64,000 bases of DNA. It comes from Bdellovibrionota bacterium (GTDB lineage: Bacteria; Bdellovibrionota_C; UBA2361; CALJRW01). The position numbers and the translations under genes were made by a program. Position 1 is the stretch's first letter. Every line of letters starts with the position of its first letter. Where the stretch lies: positions 140,487 to 204,486 of the forward strand of contig JBGSMD010000051.1 in the NCBI GenBank assembly GCA_041740355.1, written 5' to 3'. The notes beneath the pieces are model-generated. The model did not search any database. It was given only the letters and a program-made list of their open reading frames with translations, and was not told the DNA's origin. This document shows positions 41,799 through 51,978 of the stretch, one piece after another.

Positions 41799-43124
41799 CT
41801 ACTCTACCCAAAAATCTTGCTGATAGCTTGGTATATATCCAACTTTCAACTTTGATGCGATCAAATCGATTTTACTATCAGCCAAGCCTTCCTTGAAGTT
41901 TGGATCTTTTTTTAGAAATAATGCGGCCACTTTAAAGACGTTAATATCTAAACGCCTTTTGAGATCTCCGGTTTTGTGATCTCCTGCTAGTAAATCTGCC
42001 AAAACAACAGAAAGTGTCTTATCGGGAAGTTGTAAAAGATAATAGATTCCTAGCTGCTTATGACTAGGATTGTTTAATTCAAACAAGCTTTTAACAACTC
42101 CTAGGTGATCAGTTTCAGGCCAACTTGCAATAATCTGTAAATGACCTAAGAGCTTTACTTGTACTTCCGGAGGTATGTTTTTTTGACATAAAGAATTAAT
42201 AAAACTACTAGAACAAAGTTTATGCATTAGCGGTGGTAATTGCTCTAAGAGCTTAGCATCTCTAGCCAAAGTGAGAAATTCTGGAAGCTTTGCTTTAGAT
42301 TCAGGCGATGCATCTACCGAAGAAGAAACGAAAGGCAAAACCTCTGTAACTAGCGAAACTACTTTTGGCATTTCTTTCGGAATACTAGATAATCCAAACA
42401 CTTTTTTTGCGAGCAGAGTTTTCTCATTCTGATCTATTACTTGCAAGGCGTTCTTTTCTTTTCTCGCCAGAGCAAGATTAATATCAGCGATCGTCGTATC
42501 AAATCCCTTTTGAGTAATTAATTTTCGAGTATCTATTTTGCCAATATATGGCTTAAGCGTATCTGCTACCTTTACTAATTCAGTCTCAATTAAAAGTACT
42601 TTGGCTCTGACCTGAGCTGGATTCTTACACGCTTTAATCTGATCTTCAATATTTCTGATTACTTGATGTGTACTCAGTCCATCAAATTTAAAAAAACAAT
42701 GTAGGTATGTTGGAAAATCGGGAAAGCCCAGAACAGTGGAACAGACAGTGGTAAGAACTGCGGCTGTACGCCTAGCAATCATTGGGTCAGGGCTCAACAA
42801 ATCACTTTTTAATTTTTGAAGATAATCCTTTGGCAACTCAGCCAATAAATTACCAGATATGCCTTTAAAAATGGAATGAGTATAAATATTAGAAGCAAAA
42901 AGACGATCGGAAATTGCCGGATCGTAAATTATTCGATCAAGAAATTTACACAACTCATTTCCTGGATTATTAGTAAAGCGGATCGCAGTTCCTATGCGTT
43001 TAATGGTCTCTTTAGCAAAACAAAGCTGATAGGGCTGATCGGGACCAGTGCTTTGATGTAGTTGGGGCTGAAAGCCTCGCTCTCCAATTTTGATGATTAT
43101 GGCAGAAGATACGGGATCGATCAT
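41799..43124 (-). CDS. Hypothetical alpha-helical protein
   Basis: 441-aa ORF, no recognised motif. Confidence 0.65.
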   Translation of the reverse strand: MIDPVSSAIIIKIGERGFQPQLHQSTGPDQPYQLCFAKETIKRIGTAIRFTNNPGNELCKFLDRIIYDPAISDRLFASNIYTHSIFKGISGNLLAELPKDYLQKLKSDLLSPDPMIARRTAAVLTTVCSTVLGFPDFPTYLHCFFKFDGLSTHQVIRNIEDQIKACKNPAQVRAKVLLIETELVKVADTLKPYIGKIDTRKLITQKGFDTTIADINLALARKEKNALQVIDQNEKTLLAKKVFGLSSIPKEMPKVVSLVTEVLPFVSSSVDASPESKAKLPEFLTLARDAKLLEQLPPLMHKLCSSSFINSLCQKNIPPEVQVKLLGHLQIIASWPETDHLGVVKSLFELNNPSHKQLGIYYLLQLPDKTLSVVLADLLAGDHKTGDLKRRLDINVFKVAALFLKKDPNFKEGLADSKIDLIASKLKVGYIPSYQQDFWVE

Positions 43125-43200
43125 ATAAATTTATTACATCAGCTTTGATACAAATTTACCGAGAAGGGAATCCTTAAGCAAACTTTAACTGAAAAATGAT

Positions 43201-43806
43201 CTAAAGGGGAAATTTCTGGATTAAAGAAATCAAAGAATGGCAAATAAGCTCATGCCCCTTGGAATTTGGGTGCAATCCATCAGCTGACAGATACTTTTCC
43301 TGAGCTTTATCTTTAAACTCTACTTGTAAATAAGGTATCTCTAAATCTTCACAAATGCTTTTTAAATCCTGAGAATGTAGTTCAGCGTCTGATTTTAAAA
43401 AGTAATAGTTGGCTAAAAAGGGGGTGGTTCGCTGTTGATCGAAAGATAACGGCAGAAGAAAAATGGTTGGGCAAATATCCTTAGCGCTTAACAAAATTTC
43501 TTGCCAATTCAGAATTGTTTCAGTTCTTAAAATTAACCTTGGTTCTGATAATCCTCGACGTACAATGTCATTTAAGCCCGGGTAGATAATTATTAAATCA
43601 GGTTTTCTAACTTTTACTTCAATCTCAAAACGCGCCTTTAGATCGCGCGAGGATTGCCCACTAATACCTAAATTATATACTATGCTTTTTTCATTGTGTA
43701 GCTCAGCAAAAGACCTAAGTCTAGCTACAAAACCTCCTTCTGGATCATTTATTCCATAGACGGTACTTGGTCCAAAGACAACAATGCTTTTAGGGAATTT
43801 ATTCAT
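43201..43806 (-). CDS. SGNH/GDSL hydrolase
   Basis: VFGPSTVYG, NLGISG, GLND, DGLHPN. Confidence 0.88.
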   Translation of the reverse strand: MNKFPKSIVVFGPSTVYGINDPEGGFVARLRSFAELHNEKSIVYNLGISGQSSRDLKARFEIEVKVRKPDLIIIYPGLNDIVRRGLSEPRLILRTETILNWQEILLSAKDICPTIFLLPLSFDQQRTTPFLANYYFLKSDAELHSQDLKSICEDLEIPYLQVEFKDKAQEKYLSADGLHPNSKGHELICHSLISLIQKFPL

Positions 43807-43899
43807 TAGTTCTGCTCTCTTATTCTTTGTTCAAAATTGCTTAGCTAACTTTTTATGTTATGCTATCGCCCCTTAAAGCTATTTAAATTTTTGTCTACA

Positions 43900-45477
43900 A
43901 TGCAAAATCCTACACATTCCTCTGTGCCTATTCAAACCGAACTAGCACTTCGTCCGATGACTGACATGCAAGTTGCCCTAAATTACCCTTGCCACATTGT
44001 GACCGACGAAGATGGTCGTACACAAATTAAAGTTGAAAAATCAAAGGGAACTAAAACATTCGATTATCCTTATTCACCAGTAGCATTAATCAAAGCTTTT
44101 CAAGAAATTCTGGTAATTAGAGAAGAATATGCCACAAAATTAGCTGCCATGGTAATAACTTGTCTTTCCCCTTACCGCTCAATCGCTAAGCAGTTAAAAA
44201 TATTAGCTAACCCAGATAATTTAGAATTTAGCGAAAATCTCATTCAGCAAAAAAAATCAGCTAAAGCATTTATTGCAAAAATAACTGAGTTAGAAACGGA
44301 ACTAAAGCAAGACTTAACAGTTAATATCAAAACCTTACATGAAGAAGGTGGTAGCGATTTGTTAGAAAGTATTACAAATTTGGGTGATGAACGTCGGATA
44401 ACCTTAGCCCCAAGTTTCTTGATTCATTTAAAACAAGAGATTGCTGAAGTTAAGGAAATTGCTCAACCACATGCTGCCTTTCAGCATTTCGCACTGAGGG
44501 TTGAAGCGGTAATTGTTCATTTATTAGATATTGAATCAAAAGACGCCTTGGTTGTGAGTGACTTACTAGCAGTTACTAAGAGTATTGTTACTCAAACACA
44601 AGATCCAATTGCCGGAGCAGTTTTCTTACAAACAAATTTACATCATTTTAGTTTACACGCTAATTTTGGTGATGGTAGTACAACTGATTTATTGTTATCT
44701 GCACAAAATACACGCCACTTAAACAATGACTTTACAACTGCAAACTTAATGGCCAGTGAAGAGGAAAGACCTTTTATTGCACGCCTTCCTTTAACTAAGG
44801 AAAAATTAAATGAGCGCCGTTGTTTTGACTATATTCGCTCTGTTAAAGGAGCGTTGTATCAAGTCTGTGAACAATTAGATACAAAGCTTGAAAATATCTG
44901 GAAAGTTTTTTCGAAATTGGAAAAGCAAGAGGAACGAAAAATATTTCTAGATCAGATAACTCACAATCCAGCGTCTTTTATATTATATCAATTGAATTCT
45001 GCTAACCCGGTTATAGTAGTTCAAGATTTTATAGCTAAACATTCACTCCGAAAACAATATTTCCTTGATAAATCCTCGAAAGAGATTGCCTTAGGAAATG
45101 ATACTCATGGAAATGCTTCGCTAATTGACTTAATTGCCTTAGCAAGTCAAAGACTTAGCGCTAATTTTATTAAATCGCATAACTCTGCTGATAACTCACT
45201 TGGAAAAACTTTGGAAATATTAAGTGCCCATCCCAGTTTCTTAAAGGTATTTAACCTACTTTGTAACCAAACAAATAAAATGGAAGTAGTCTATGATCAT
45301 TTATTTGCAGCACTGAAGGCAAAAGACGAGCCACGACTGCAGGGGTATTTAGCGATCGTTGAAAAATCGAAAGATCTGGCCAGCTTTAAAAAACTAGCTG
45401 AAAAACTAAAAACTCTAGCGACAGTACCTACGAATTCGGATCAATTATTTTCAGCATTATCATCGCCACAAGACTAA
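43900..45477 (+). CDS. Hypothetical coiled-coil protein (likely start 43900)
   Basis: Long ORF, no recognised motif. Confidence 0.65.
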   Translation: MQNPTHSSVPIQTELALRPMTDMQVALNYPCHIVTDEDGRTQIKVEKSKGTKTFDYPYSPVALIKAFQEILVIREEYATKLAAMVITCLSPYRSIAKQLKILANPDNLEFSENLIQQKKSAKAFIAKITELETELKQDLTVNIKTLHEEGGSDLLESITNLGDERRITLAPSFLIHLKQEIAEVKEIAQPHAAFQHFALRVEAVIVHLLDIESKDALVVSDLLAVTKSIVTQTQDPIAGAVFLQTNLHHFSLHANFGDGSTTDLLLSAQNTRHLNNDFTTANLMASEEERPFIARLPLTKEKLNERRCFDYIRSVKGALYQVCEQLDTKLENIWKVFSKLEKQEERKIFLDQITHNPASFILYQLNSANPVIVVQDFIAKHSLRKQYFLDKSSKEIALGNDTHGNASLIDLIALASQRLSANFIKSHNSADNSLGKTLEILSAHPSFLKVFNLLCNQTNKMEVVYDHLFAALKAKDEPRLQGYLAIVEKSKDLASFKKLAEKLKTLATVPTNSDQLFSALSSPQD

Positions 45478-45487
45478 TAGAAATCAA

Positions 45488-46804
45488 TTAGAAGAAATCT
45501 TGGCGTCCAGTTGACCCTTGCAATACCCGAATCGCCCGATTATAGAGGGCATAATCTAATCCTCGTTTTTCTAATGCAAAAAGTCCTGCTTCCGGTTTAG
45601 GACCAACCAAGAAATTAGCAATTGTTCGAATCTGGTTTAGATATTGTTTTGTAACGTTTGGACCAACTACTAAACTGGAAGCTACATCCCAAGTGCCTTT
45701 CAGCATCTCTCCAAAAGACTCCCCTTCCATCCGACAAATTCTGAGATAATTGGCTTGGATTAAATTAGGTAACTTGTTTCTTAAAAAACCCAGCGTCGAT
45801 TGTAATTTATTATGGTCCTTCATTGGATCAAGCAAGCAGTTTACGAACAAGCTCCGTCTGACGGTATCAGGAAGCTCTGGATCTAACATTGTTTTTAATA
45901 TCAGATCTTCTACCCTGGGGCCCATACTTGGCGTTAGGGAACGAGCAACAAATCTTAAATATTGTTCGGCAGGTTGCCCGTGGATTACTGCTAAGCCATG
46001 AAAACGATCAGCTAAACTATTATTATCTAGACGTAATGCTTGCACTAACAAATCTATTCCTTCAGAATCATTTGTTCCTTTTAAAATCATCGGAGCAAGT
46101 AAATGTTGAAATTTTAAACTTCCATAAGTAAGATTCCGCTCAACAACATTGATACTTTCATTAAGTAGACCATAGACCTGATTAAGTACTTCCTGATTAT
46201 TTGTTCCTGCTAAACATTGCGCCAGAACACCGGCACGATGATAACTGTTTGCATCTAAAAATTGCTCTAACAAGAATTTAGCAACAATCGGATCAGAGTT
46301 TTGGGAAACCGCAAAACGATAAGCCTCTTGCTCCTGAATTGTTGAACCAACCCAACGACCGTCTAGAATTGCTAAATTTTTTTCTCGTGTATACCCAATT
46401 TCAAACTGTGGTGTTTCTAAAAGTCTGGTAATCGCATCATTTGCTGCTTTTTGAGTTTCTAAAGCAACTTCGATTTTAGGACTGATTAATCCAGCAACTT
46501 GCATTAAGGATCGGTATTCCTCAGGTAATATTTGCTGCGATTTAGTTTCCATACCACAACTTGAAAACTCTTGGTAAAATACTTCTGTAGTAGCTTCAAT
46601 TGCAGCCCTACTGGCATTCGCCTGGAGACGTTGTGTTTCAGCATTAACCTGACGTAGCGACGATTCTAAAGTTGCAATCTGTTCTTGTAGACGCACCTGC
46701 TCAGCCAAGGTGGATTCAGGTACTGGGTCAGGAGGAACAGTTAAAGATAGAATTAAATCAGTATTTCGTAACAACACAATGAAAATATAAGAAATTGGAA
46801 TCAA
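45488..46804 (-). CDS. Hypothetical protein with N-terminal coiled coil and HEAT-like helices
   Basis: 438-aa ORF; start uncertain. Confidence 0.6.
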   Translation of the reverse strand: MIPISYIFIVLLRNTDLILSLTVPPDPVPESTLAEQVRLQEQIATLESSLRQVNAETQRLQANASRAAIEATTEVFYQEFSSCGMETKSQQILPEEYRSLMQVAGLISPKIEVALETQKAANDAITRLLETPQFEIGYTREKNLAILDGRWVGSTIQEQEAYRFAVSQNSDPIVAKFLLEQFLDANSYHRAGVLAQCLAGTNNQEVLNQVYGLLNESINVVERNLTYGSLKFQHLLAPMILKGTNDSEGIDLLVQALRLDNNSLADRFHGLAVIHGQPAEQYLRFVARSLTPSMGPRVEDLILKTMLDPELPDTVRRSLFVNCLLDPMKDHNKLQSTLGFLRNKLPNLIQANYLRICRMEGESFGEMLKGTWDVASSLVVGPNVTKQYLNQIRTIANFLVGPKPEAGLFALEKRGLDYALYNRAIRVLQGSTGRQDFF

Positions 46805-47356
46805 ATTTTACCCTAGATCGAGTACTAAGCAAGCTTGATAGCTCTGTACTCAGATTTAAGTGTCCTGATTTATTGTGATTTTTATTTTTAAAAAAAACTA
46901 GTTTCAAATATAATTACAGTTAAGAAAACCCCAATTAATTAGCTAAGAGTAAAATAGCTATGAATAAGGCACAACATAGGCTTCCTGCATGAAAGGCGAT
47001 GAATGTAGCAATATGGAATAGTAAAAAAATTATAATTCTGCTTTAAGTCTCAGCTTAATCAATCGCTTTAGTAATTTCAAAGCAAGGTAGTATCTTAATA
47101 GGCAGCAGAATCTCCGTTAGTAATTTTGTCGAAAAATTGTTTTTCAGTTTGCTAAAGGGCCTATCTTACAATCTCCAAAAATTTTAATTTCTGAATAATT
47201 CTTTCATTTGTTCAGTCTCTTGGAATTACTTATCTTAAATATCAGCTAAATTATGTTTTTAAATTTTTTATCTTACTGATTCTTAAGTTTTAAGGAATGA
47301 TTGTCGAAACTGTTAAGGCCCTACTCAAATACAAATATATCTAAAATGGTGTCGTA

Positions 47357-47896
47357 ATGAGAAGAAATTACCTAACGAATAGTCAGTCTAAAGGTTTTAC
47401 TTTAGTAGAACTTCTAGTGACTATTGGTGTTTTGGGTATTTTATCGTCAATGTCCGTCGCGCAATATGAAATATTCCGACAAGCAGCTAATGATACTGCC
47501 GCAATGTCAGCAGGCAGAAATGTTGCTACTGCAATCACTGCTTACACCATTGATGGTCAATGGGATCCAAACGTTACCACTGTAATTGACTTTGAAATTA
47601 GTGCTAGTGGTGAAAATTCGCGAGGCTCGGTGGGCGATCAGTACGATTCAGAGAATTTTGGTAGCTCTACCTTTCTGCCAGGCTATTCCCATCAAAAAGG
47701 TGTCCACTTAGCAGTGGTCATTTATTTGAATAATACCTACAACTACGGAATCTACACAGGTAGTTGCAAAGGAAGCTACTCCCCAGCAGCTGGAGATGGA
47801 GATGCACGAACGGTCTATGAATTAATTGGACAAGGTTTTAGTAAGTATCCTTACGCTAGTTGGATAGTTCCAAATTCTTATGCCTGTGACGTATGA
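47357..47896 (+). CDS. Type IV pilin-like protein
   Basis: SKG/FTLVELLVTIGVLGIL; C-terminal Cys pair. Confidence 0.87.
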   Translation: MRRNYLTNSQSKGFTLVELLVTIGVLGILSSMSVAQYEIFRQAANDTAAMSAGRNVATAITAYTIDGQWDPNVTTVIDFEISASGENSRGSVGDQYDSENFGSSTFLPGYSHQKGVHLAVVIYLNNTYNYGIYTGSCKGSYSPAAGDGDARTVYELIGQGFSKYPYASWIVPNSYACDV

Positions 47897-47916
47897 CGTA
47901 GTAATAGATTTTGCTA

Positions 47917-48030
47917 GATTACTTTTTGAGACTTTCTATCCCTCGGAGGGGTAGTAAAATCATATAGTTATTACAAAAAACAAGCTGCTCTATTTTGTTT
48001 ATATGTATTTTATTTGGGGGAATAACTATG
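47917..48030. repeat. Family A composite repeat (partly degenerate)
   Basis: attactttttgagactttctatccctcggaggggtagtaaaatcatatagttattacaaaaaa...aataactatg; core at 47936-47954. Confidence 0.8.
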
Positions 48031-48124
48031 TATTACCTAGCTATTTTTAAAATCTATTAATTTCGCTAAACTCTAATTTTAATTTACTAAAACAAGATAA
48101 ATTTATTTTTAAAAGAGAATTACC

Positions 48125-48568
48125 ATGGATCAAAATGTGAAAACTATCTTAGAAACTGTATTATATAAGGCAACTGCCACTGCTACAGGTGGAAGAGAAG
48201 GCCGAGCAACCTCGTCTGATGGTATCTTAGATCTTAAATTGACAACTCCAAAAGAACTTGGTGGGAATGGAGCAGCGGGGACAAACCCAGAACAATTATT
48301 TGCTTGTGGATATTCGGCATGTTTCTTAGGAGCACTTAAATATGTAGCTAGCTTAGAAAAAGTTACTCTAACTCCAGAAACTTCTATTACTGGGACAGTT
48401 GGTATCGGAAAAATAACAACAGGTTTTGGTATCGAAGTAGAATTAAAGATTTCTGTCCCCGGTGTAGAGAAAGCTATTGCTGAAAGTTTAGTTCAGAAAG
48501 CGCATATCGTTTGTCCTTACTCTAATGCTACTAAGGGCAATATCAAGGTGAATTTAATAGTAGTTTAG
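48125..48568 (+). CDS. ohr: Organic hydroperoxide resistance protein
   Basis: [30 protein letters not shown]. Confidence 0.96.
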   Translation: MDQNVKTILETVLYKATATATGGREGRATSSDGILDLKLTTPKELGGNGAAGTNPEQLFACGYSACFLGALKYVASLEKVTLTPETSITGTVGIGKITTGFGIEVELKISVPGVEKAIAESLVQKAHIVCPYSNATKGNIKVNLIVV

Positions 48569-48589
48569 TGTTACTATGAAAATGGGTTT

Positions 48590-48615
48590 GTTCTCTGGAA
48601 AAAATTCCAGAGAAC
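48590..48615. terminator. Hairpin between convergent ohr and OYE genes
   Basis: gttctctggaa-aaaa-ttccagagaac. Confidence 0.7.
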
Positions 48616-48631
48616 ACAATTTTAAATGAAT

Positions 48632-49681
48632 TTAGAGACTTGGATAGGTAGTATATCCCTCTGGCCCATCACCATAAAAAGTACTTGAATCTGGTTCATT
48701 TAACAAAGCATTACTTTTAAATCTTTCTATTAAATCAGGATTAGCTATATAAAGCTTCCCGAAGGCAACTGCATCGGCACTTCCTTCAGTTAAGGCCCGC
48801 TCGGCAGTCTCCTGACTAAAATTTTCATTAGTAATATAAACTCCACCAAAATCTTTTTTTAGCTGAGTACCAAGACTATCCTCTTTTTGTGCTTCTCGTG
48901 CGCAAATAAAAGCAATCTTTCGTTTCCCTAATTCTTTAGCAACATAACTAAAAGTTGCTGCCCGATTAGAGTCTCCCATAGAATGAGCATCCGCGCGTGG
49001 AGCCAGGTGCATTCCTACGCGATCTGCACCCCAGACAGAGATTACTGCGTCTGTTACTTCCAACATTAATCTAGCGCGTTTATCAATTGAACCTCCGTAT
49101 TCGTCTTCACGCTGGTTGGTACTGTCTTGTAAAAATTGATCTAACAAATAGCCATTCGCACCATGGATTTCTACACCATCAAATCCTGCTTCCAGAGCAT
49201 TGGCTGCACCTTTCCGATAAGCTTCAATAATCCCTGGAATCTCCTCTAGCTCTAATGCACGAGGAGTCACATAATTTTTCATCGGACGAATCAGGCTAAC
49301 ATGACCAACGGCTGCGATAGCACTTGGTGCTACTGGCAATTGACCATCTAAATAAATTGGATCAGAGACACGACCAACATGCCAAAGTTGCATAAAAATT
49401 CTCCCTCCAGCTTGATGTACAGCTGATGTTATTAATTTCCAACCAGCTACTTGATCATTTGACCAAATACCGGGAGTATTTGGATATCCGACTCCAAGTG
49501 GATCAACTGAAGTTGCTTCAGTAAGGATTAGCCCAGCTGTTGAACGCTGGCGATAATACTCGGCCATCATGGAATTTGGGACTCTTCCCGCACTGGCACG
49601 AGTACGGGTCAATGGAGCCATAATAATTCTGTTTGGAATTGTTAAACGACCTATCTGTAATGGTTCAAAGATTTTGCTCAT
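48632..49681 (-). CDS. Old yellow enzyme family alkene reductase (XenB/NemA-like)
   Basis: NRIIMAPLTR, QLWHVGR, GFDGVEIHGANGYLLDQF, ANPDL. Confidence 0.94.
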   Translation of the reverse strand: MSKIFEPLQIGRLTIPNRIIMAPLTRTRASAGRVPNSMMAEYYRQRSTAGLILTEATSVDPLGVGYPNTPGIWSNDQVAGWKLITSAVHQAGGRIFMQLWHVGRVSDPIYLDGQLPVAPSAIAAVGHVSLIRPMKNYVTPRALELEEIPGIIEAYRKGAANALEAGFDGVEIHGANGYLLDQFLQDSTNQREDEYGGSIDKRARLMLEVTDAVISVWGADRVGMHLAPRADAHSMGDSNRAATFSYVAKELGKRKIAFICAREAQKEDSLGTQLKKDFGGVYITNENFSQETAERALTEGSADAVAFGKLYIANPDLIERFKSNALLNEPDSSTFYGDGPEGYTTYPSL

Positions 49682-49708
49682 GGTTTATAATTTATAGTTA
49701 AACATTAA

Positions 49709-49743
49709 AGTTCATTAGTTCATATAATAAGAACTAATGAACT
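49709..49743. promoter_or_regulatory. Putative operator of the divergent ArsR regulator
   Basis: Perfect 13-bp inverted repeat agttcattagttc-N9-gaactaatgaact. Confidence 0.7.
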
Positions 49744-49820
49744 ATGTCAACTAAATATTAATTGTAATTTGTAGAAGAATAAGGCACAATACTCTTGTCG
49801 TCTTTCTTTTGAGGCTTTCT

Positions 49821-50189
49821 ATGGGCAGCAGACCTTTAAATCATCCGCCGATTGAACAAGTTACAGTCCCTGGGATTCTTTACGCTCTTTCCGACCCGAT
49901 TCGTCTCACAATAGTTGTTACACTTTATCAGCAAAAATCCTGCCTTAACTGCACAGCTGCTTTAAAGCAAGTTCGAGGTAAATTACCAAAATCAACTTGC
50001 TCTCAACATTTTCAAATTCTTCGTGAAGCGGGAATAATTATCTGTGAACGTCGCGGTGTAGAACTTGCGAGTAAATTAAGACTGGCTGAGCTAGAAACTA
50101 AATTTCCAAAGTTACTGGTAACGATTCTAAAAACTCACCAAATCGAAAGTAAAAAAACTTTAACCAAGAAGAGAGTCAGACACACTTAA
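49821..50189 (+). CDS. ArsR-family regulator (likely start 49821)
   Basis: HP...ILYALSDPIRLTIV...KSTCSQHFQILREAGII. Confidence 0.88.
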   Translation: MGSRPLNHPPIEQVTVPGILYALSDPIRLTIVVTLYQQKSCLNCTAALKQVRGKLPKSTCSQHFQILREAGIIICERRGVELASKLRLAELETKFPKLLVTILKTHQIESKKTLTKKRVRHT

Positions 50190-50200
50190 AATAATTTCTT

Positions 50201-51955
50201 ATGTCAAAAAATGACGTCTTTGATTATAGCAATAAAGAACTAATTATTGATATCGCTAGCTTTATTAAGCCTTATAAAAGAACTTTCTTTTTAGGGTCAT
50301 TTTGTCGGGCTACAAGTGATCTTGTCTGGCTATTTCCAGTCTGGGCACTTTCAGAAATTATTACCTTCACTGCAAATTATCAGCTAGGAGCTAGTACAAC
50401 CTATGCCTGGCAATTATTAATAGCGATAGCAATTGTCGCAATTTATCATTTTATCTTTCACGACATTGCCAAATATTTAATTTACCAAATTGCTGAAAAA
50501 GCACGATTAGCGGCAACAAAGAAAACTCTTCGGCATCTTTTTGACCTAGACTTGCAGTGGCATGAACAGGAGAATAGTGGCAATAAAATGCAACGAATCA
50601 TGAACGGTGGTGTAAGCATTGATAATATTATTCGAATGTATGTTGATTCTGTAATTGAGTCTTCGATTAACTTAGTAGCCATCTTAATTATTTTGACTTC
50701 TCTCCACTGGGGCTTTGCCTTAATGTTAATTTTTTTCTTTGTTTCCTATTACGTGCTATCACTAAAACTTACAGACCAAGTGGTAAAACAATCACATTTA
50801 ACAAACCTTGAGTGGGAGAGTTTTAGTGGTTTGGCTTTTGAATCGATTAATAATATTTCGATTATGAAATCCTTACGGATCGCCGATCGAATCTTTCCCT
50901 TTATTGAAAAAATAAGCAGGAGTCTATTTGAGAAAATTCGCTTGAGAATATTTTATTTTCGACTTCGATCTGGAGTACTAAATATTTATCAAGAGTTTTT
51001 CAGAGTACTCCTGTTAGCTTTCACCATGTGGCAAATCTTTAATGGTCAACTTGCTGTTGGAGTCTTAGCGCTGGTTCTGCTTTATTTCAAAAAAATCGAA
51101 GAGGCTTCGTTTGAATTTGCGGAAACTTATAATAAGTTTGTGACAGCCAAGATTGCCATTCTGCGAATGAAGGAAATTTTACGAACAGAACCTGAAGTTG
51201 AAAACTCAGGCAACAAAGATTTCAATCCTAATTGGGCGCAAATGGAATTTAAAAATGTAAGTTTTTCTTACCAAGGACAAAAAATACTGCATGATTTTTC
51301 CTTATCCATCCGCAAAGGAGAGAAAATTGGGATTGTTGGAATTTCCGGAACTGGCAAATCAACCTTATTCAAATTAGCTTTAAAATTATACAACAATTAC
51401 CAAGGTGAAATTCTTTTTGACGAACAACGCTTACGAGACATTAGAAGAGAATCTTACATGCAAAAAATTGCTGTTGTTCCTCAAGAAACTGAACTATTTA
51501 ACCTATCTCTGGAGGAGAACATAACACTTAGTAGAAGGAAAAAAGACAAAGCCCTGCTGCAAAAAGCAATGGAAATCGCCCATGTCAAAGACTTTACTTA
51601 CAAGCTCCCGGAAGGTGTTCAAAGCCTTGTCGGAGAAAAGGGAATTAAACTTTCTGGTGGAGAGAAACAACGAGTTGGAATTGCCCGGGCAATTTATCAA
51701 TCGCCTGAAATCTTATTACTAGATGAAGCTACTTCTCACCTAGATCTACAATCAGAACAGAAGATTCAAGATGCCTTGCAATCTTTTTTTGCAAATATTA
51801 CAGCGATTGTAATCGCCCACCGTCTTTCTACGATCATGAAAATGGATCGGATTGTTGTGATGGATGAAGGTCGAGTTATAGAAATTGGATCATTTGCAGA
51901 ATTGATTGCTAGACAAGGAGCCTTCTATCAACTCTGGGAAAAACAGAAATTTTAA
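50201..51955 (+). CDS. ABC exporter, fused permease and ATPase
   Basis: N-terminal TM domain; GISGTGKST, LSGGEKQR, LLLDEATS, IAHRLST. Confidence 0.93.
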   Translation: MSKNDVFDYSNKELIIDIASFIKPYKRTFFLGSFCRATSDLVWLFPVWALSEIITFTANYQLGASTTYAWQLLIAIAIVAIYHFIFHDIAKYLIYQIAEKARLAATKKTLRHLFDLDLQWHEQENSGNKMQRIMNGGVSIDNIIRMYVDSVIESSINLVAILIILTSLHWGFALMLIFFFVSYYVLSLKLTDQVVKQSHLTNLEWESFSGLAFESINNISIMKSLRIADRIFPFIEKISRSLFEKIRLRIFYFRLRSGVLNIYQEFFRVLLLAFTMWQIFNGQLAVGVLALVLLYFKKIEEASFEFAETYNKFVTAKIAILRMKEILRTEPEVENSGNKDFNPNWAQMEFKNVSFSYQGQKILHDFSLSIRKGEKIGIVGISGTGKSTLFKLALKLYNNYQGEILFDEQRLRDIRRESYMQKIAVVPQETELFNLSLEENITLSRRKKDKALLQKAMEIAHVKDFTYKLPEGVQSLVGEKGIKLSGGEKQRVGIARAIYQSPEILLLDEATSHLDLQSEQKIQDALQSFFANITAIVIAHRLSTIMKMDRIVVMDEGRVIEIGSFAELIARQGAFYQLWEKQKF

Positions 51956-51978
51956 TTTACTTTATCATCTAAAATTAC

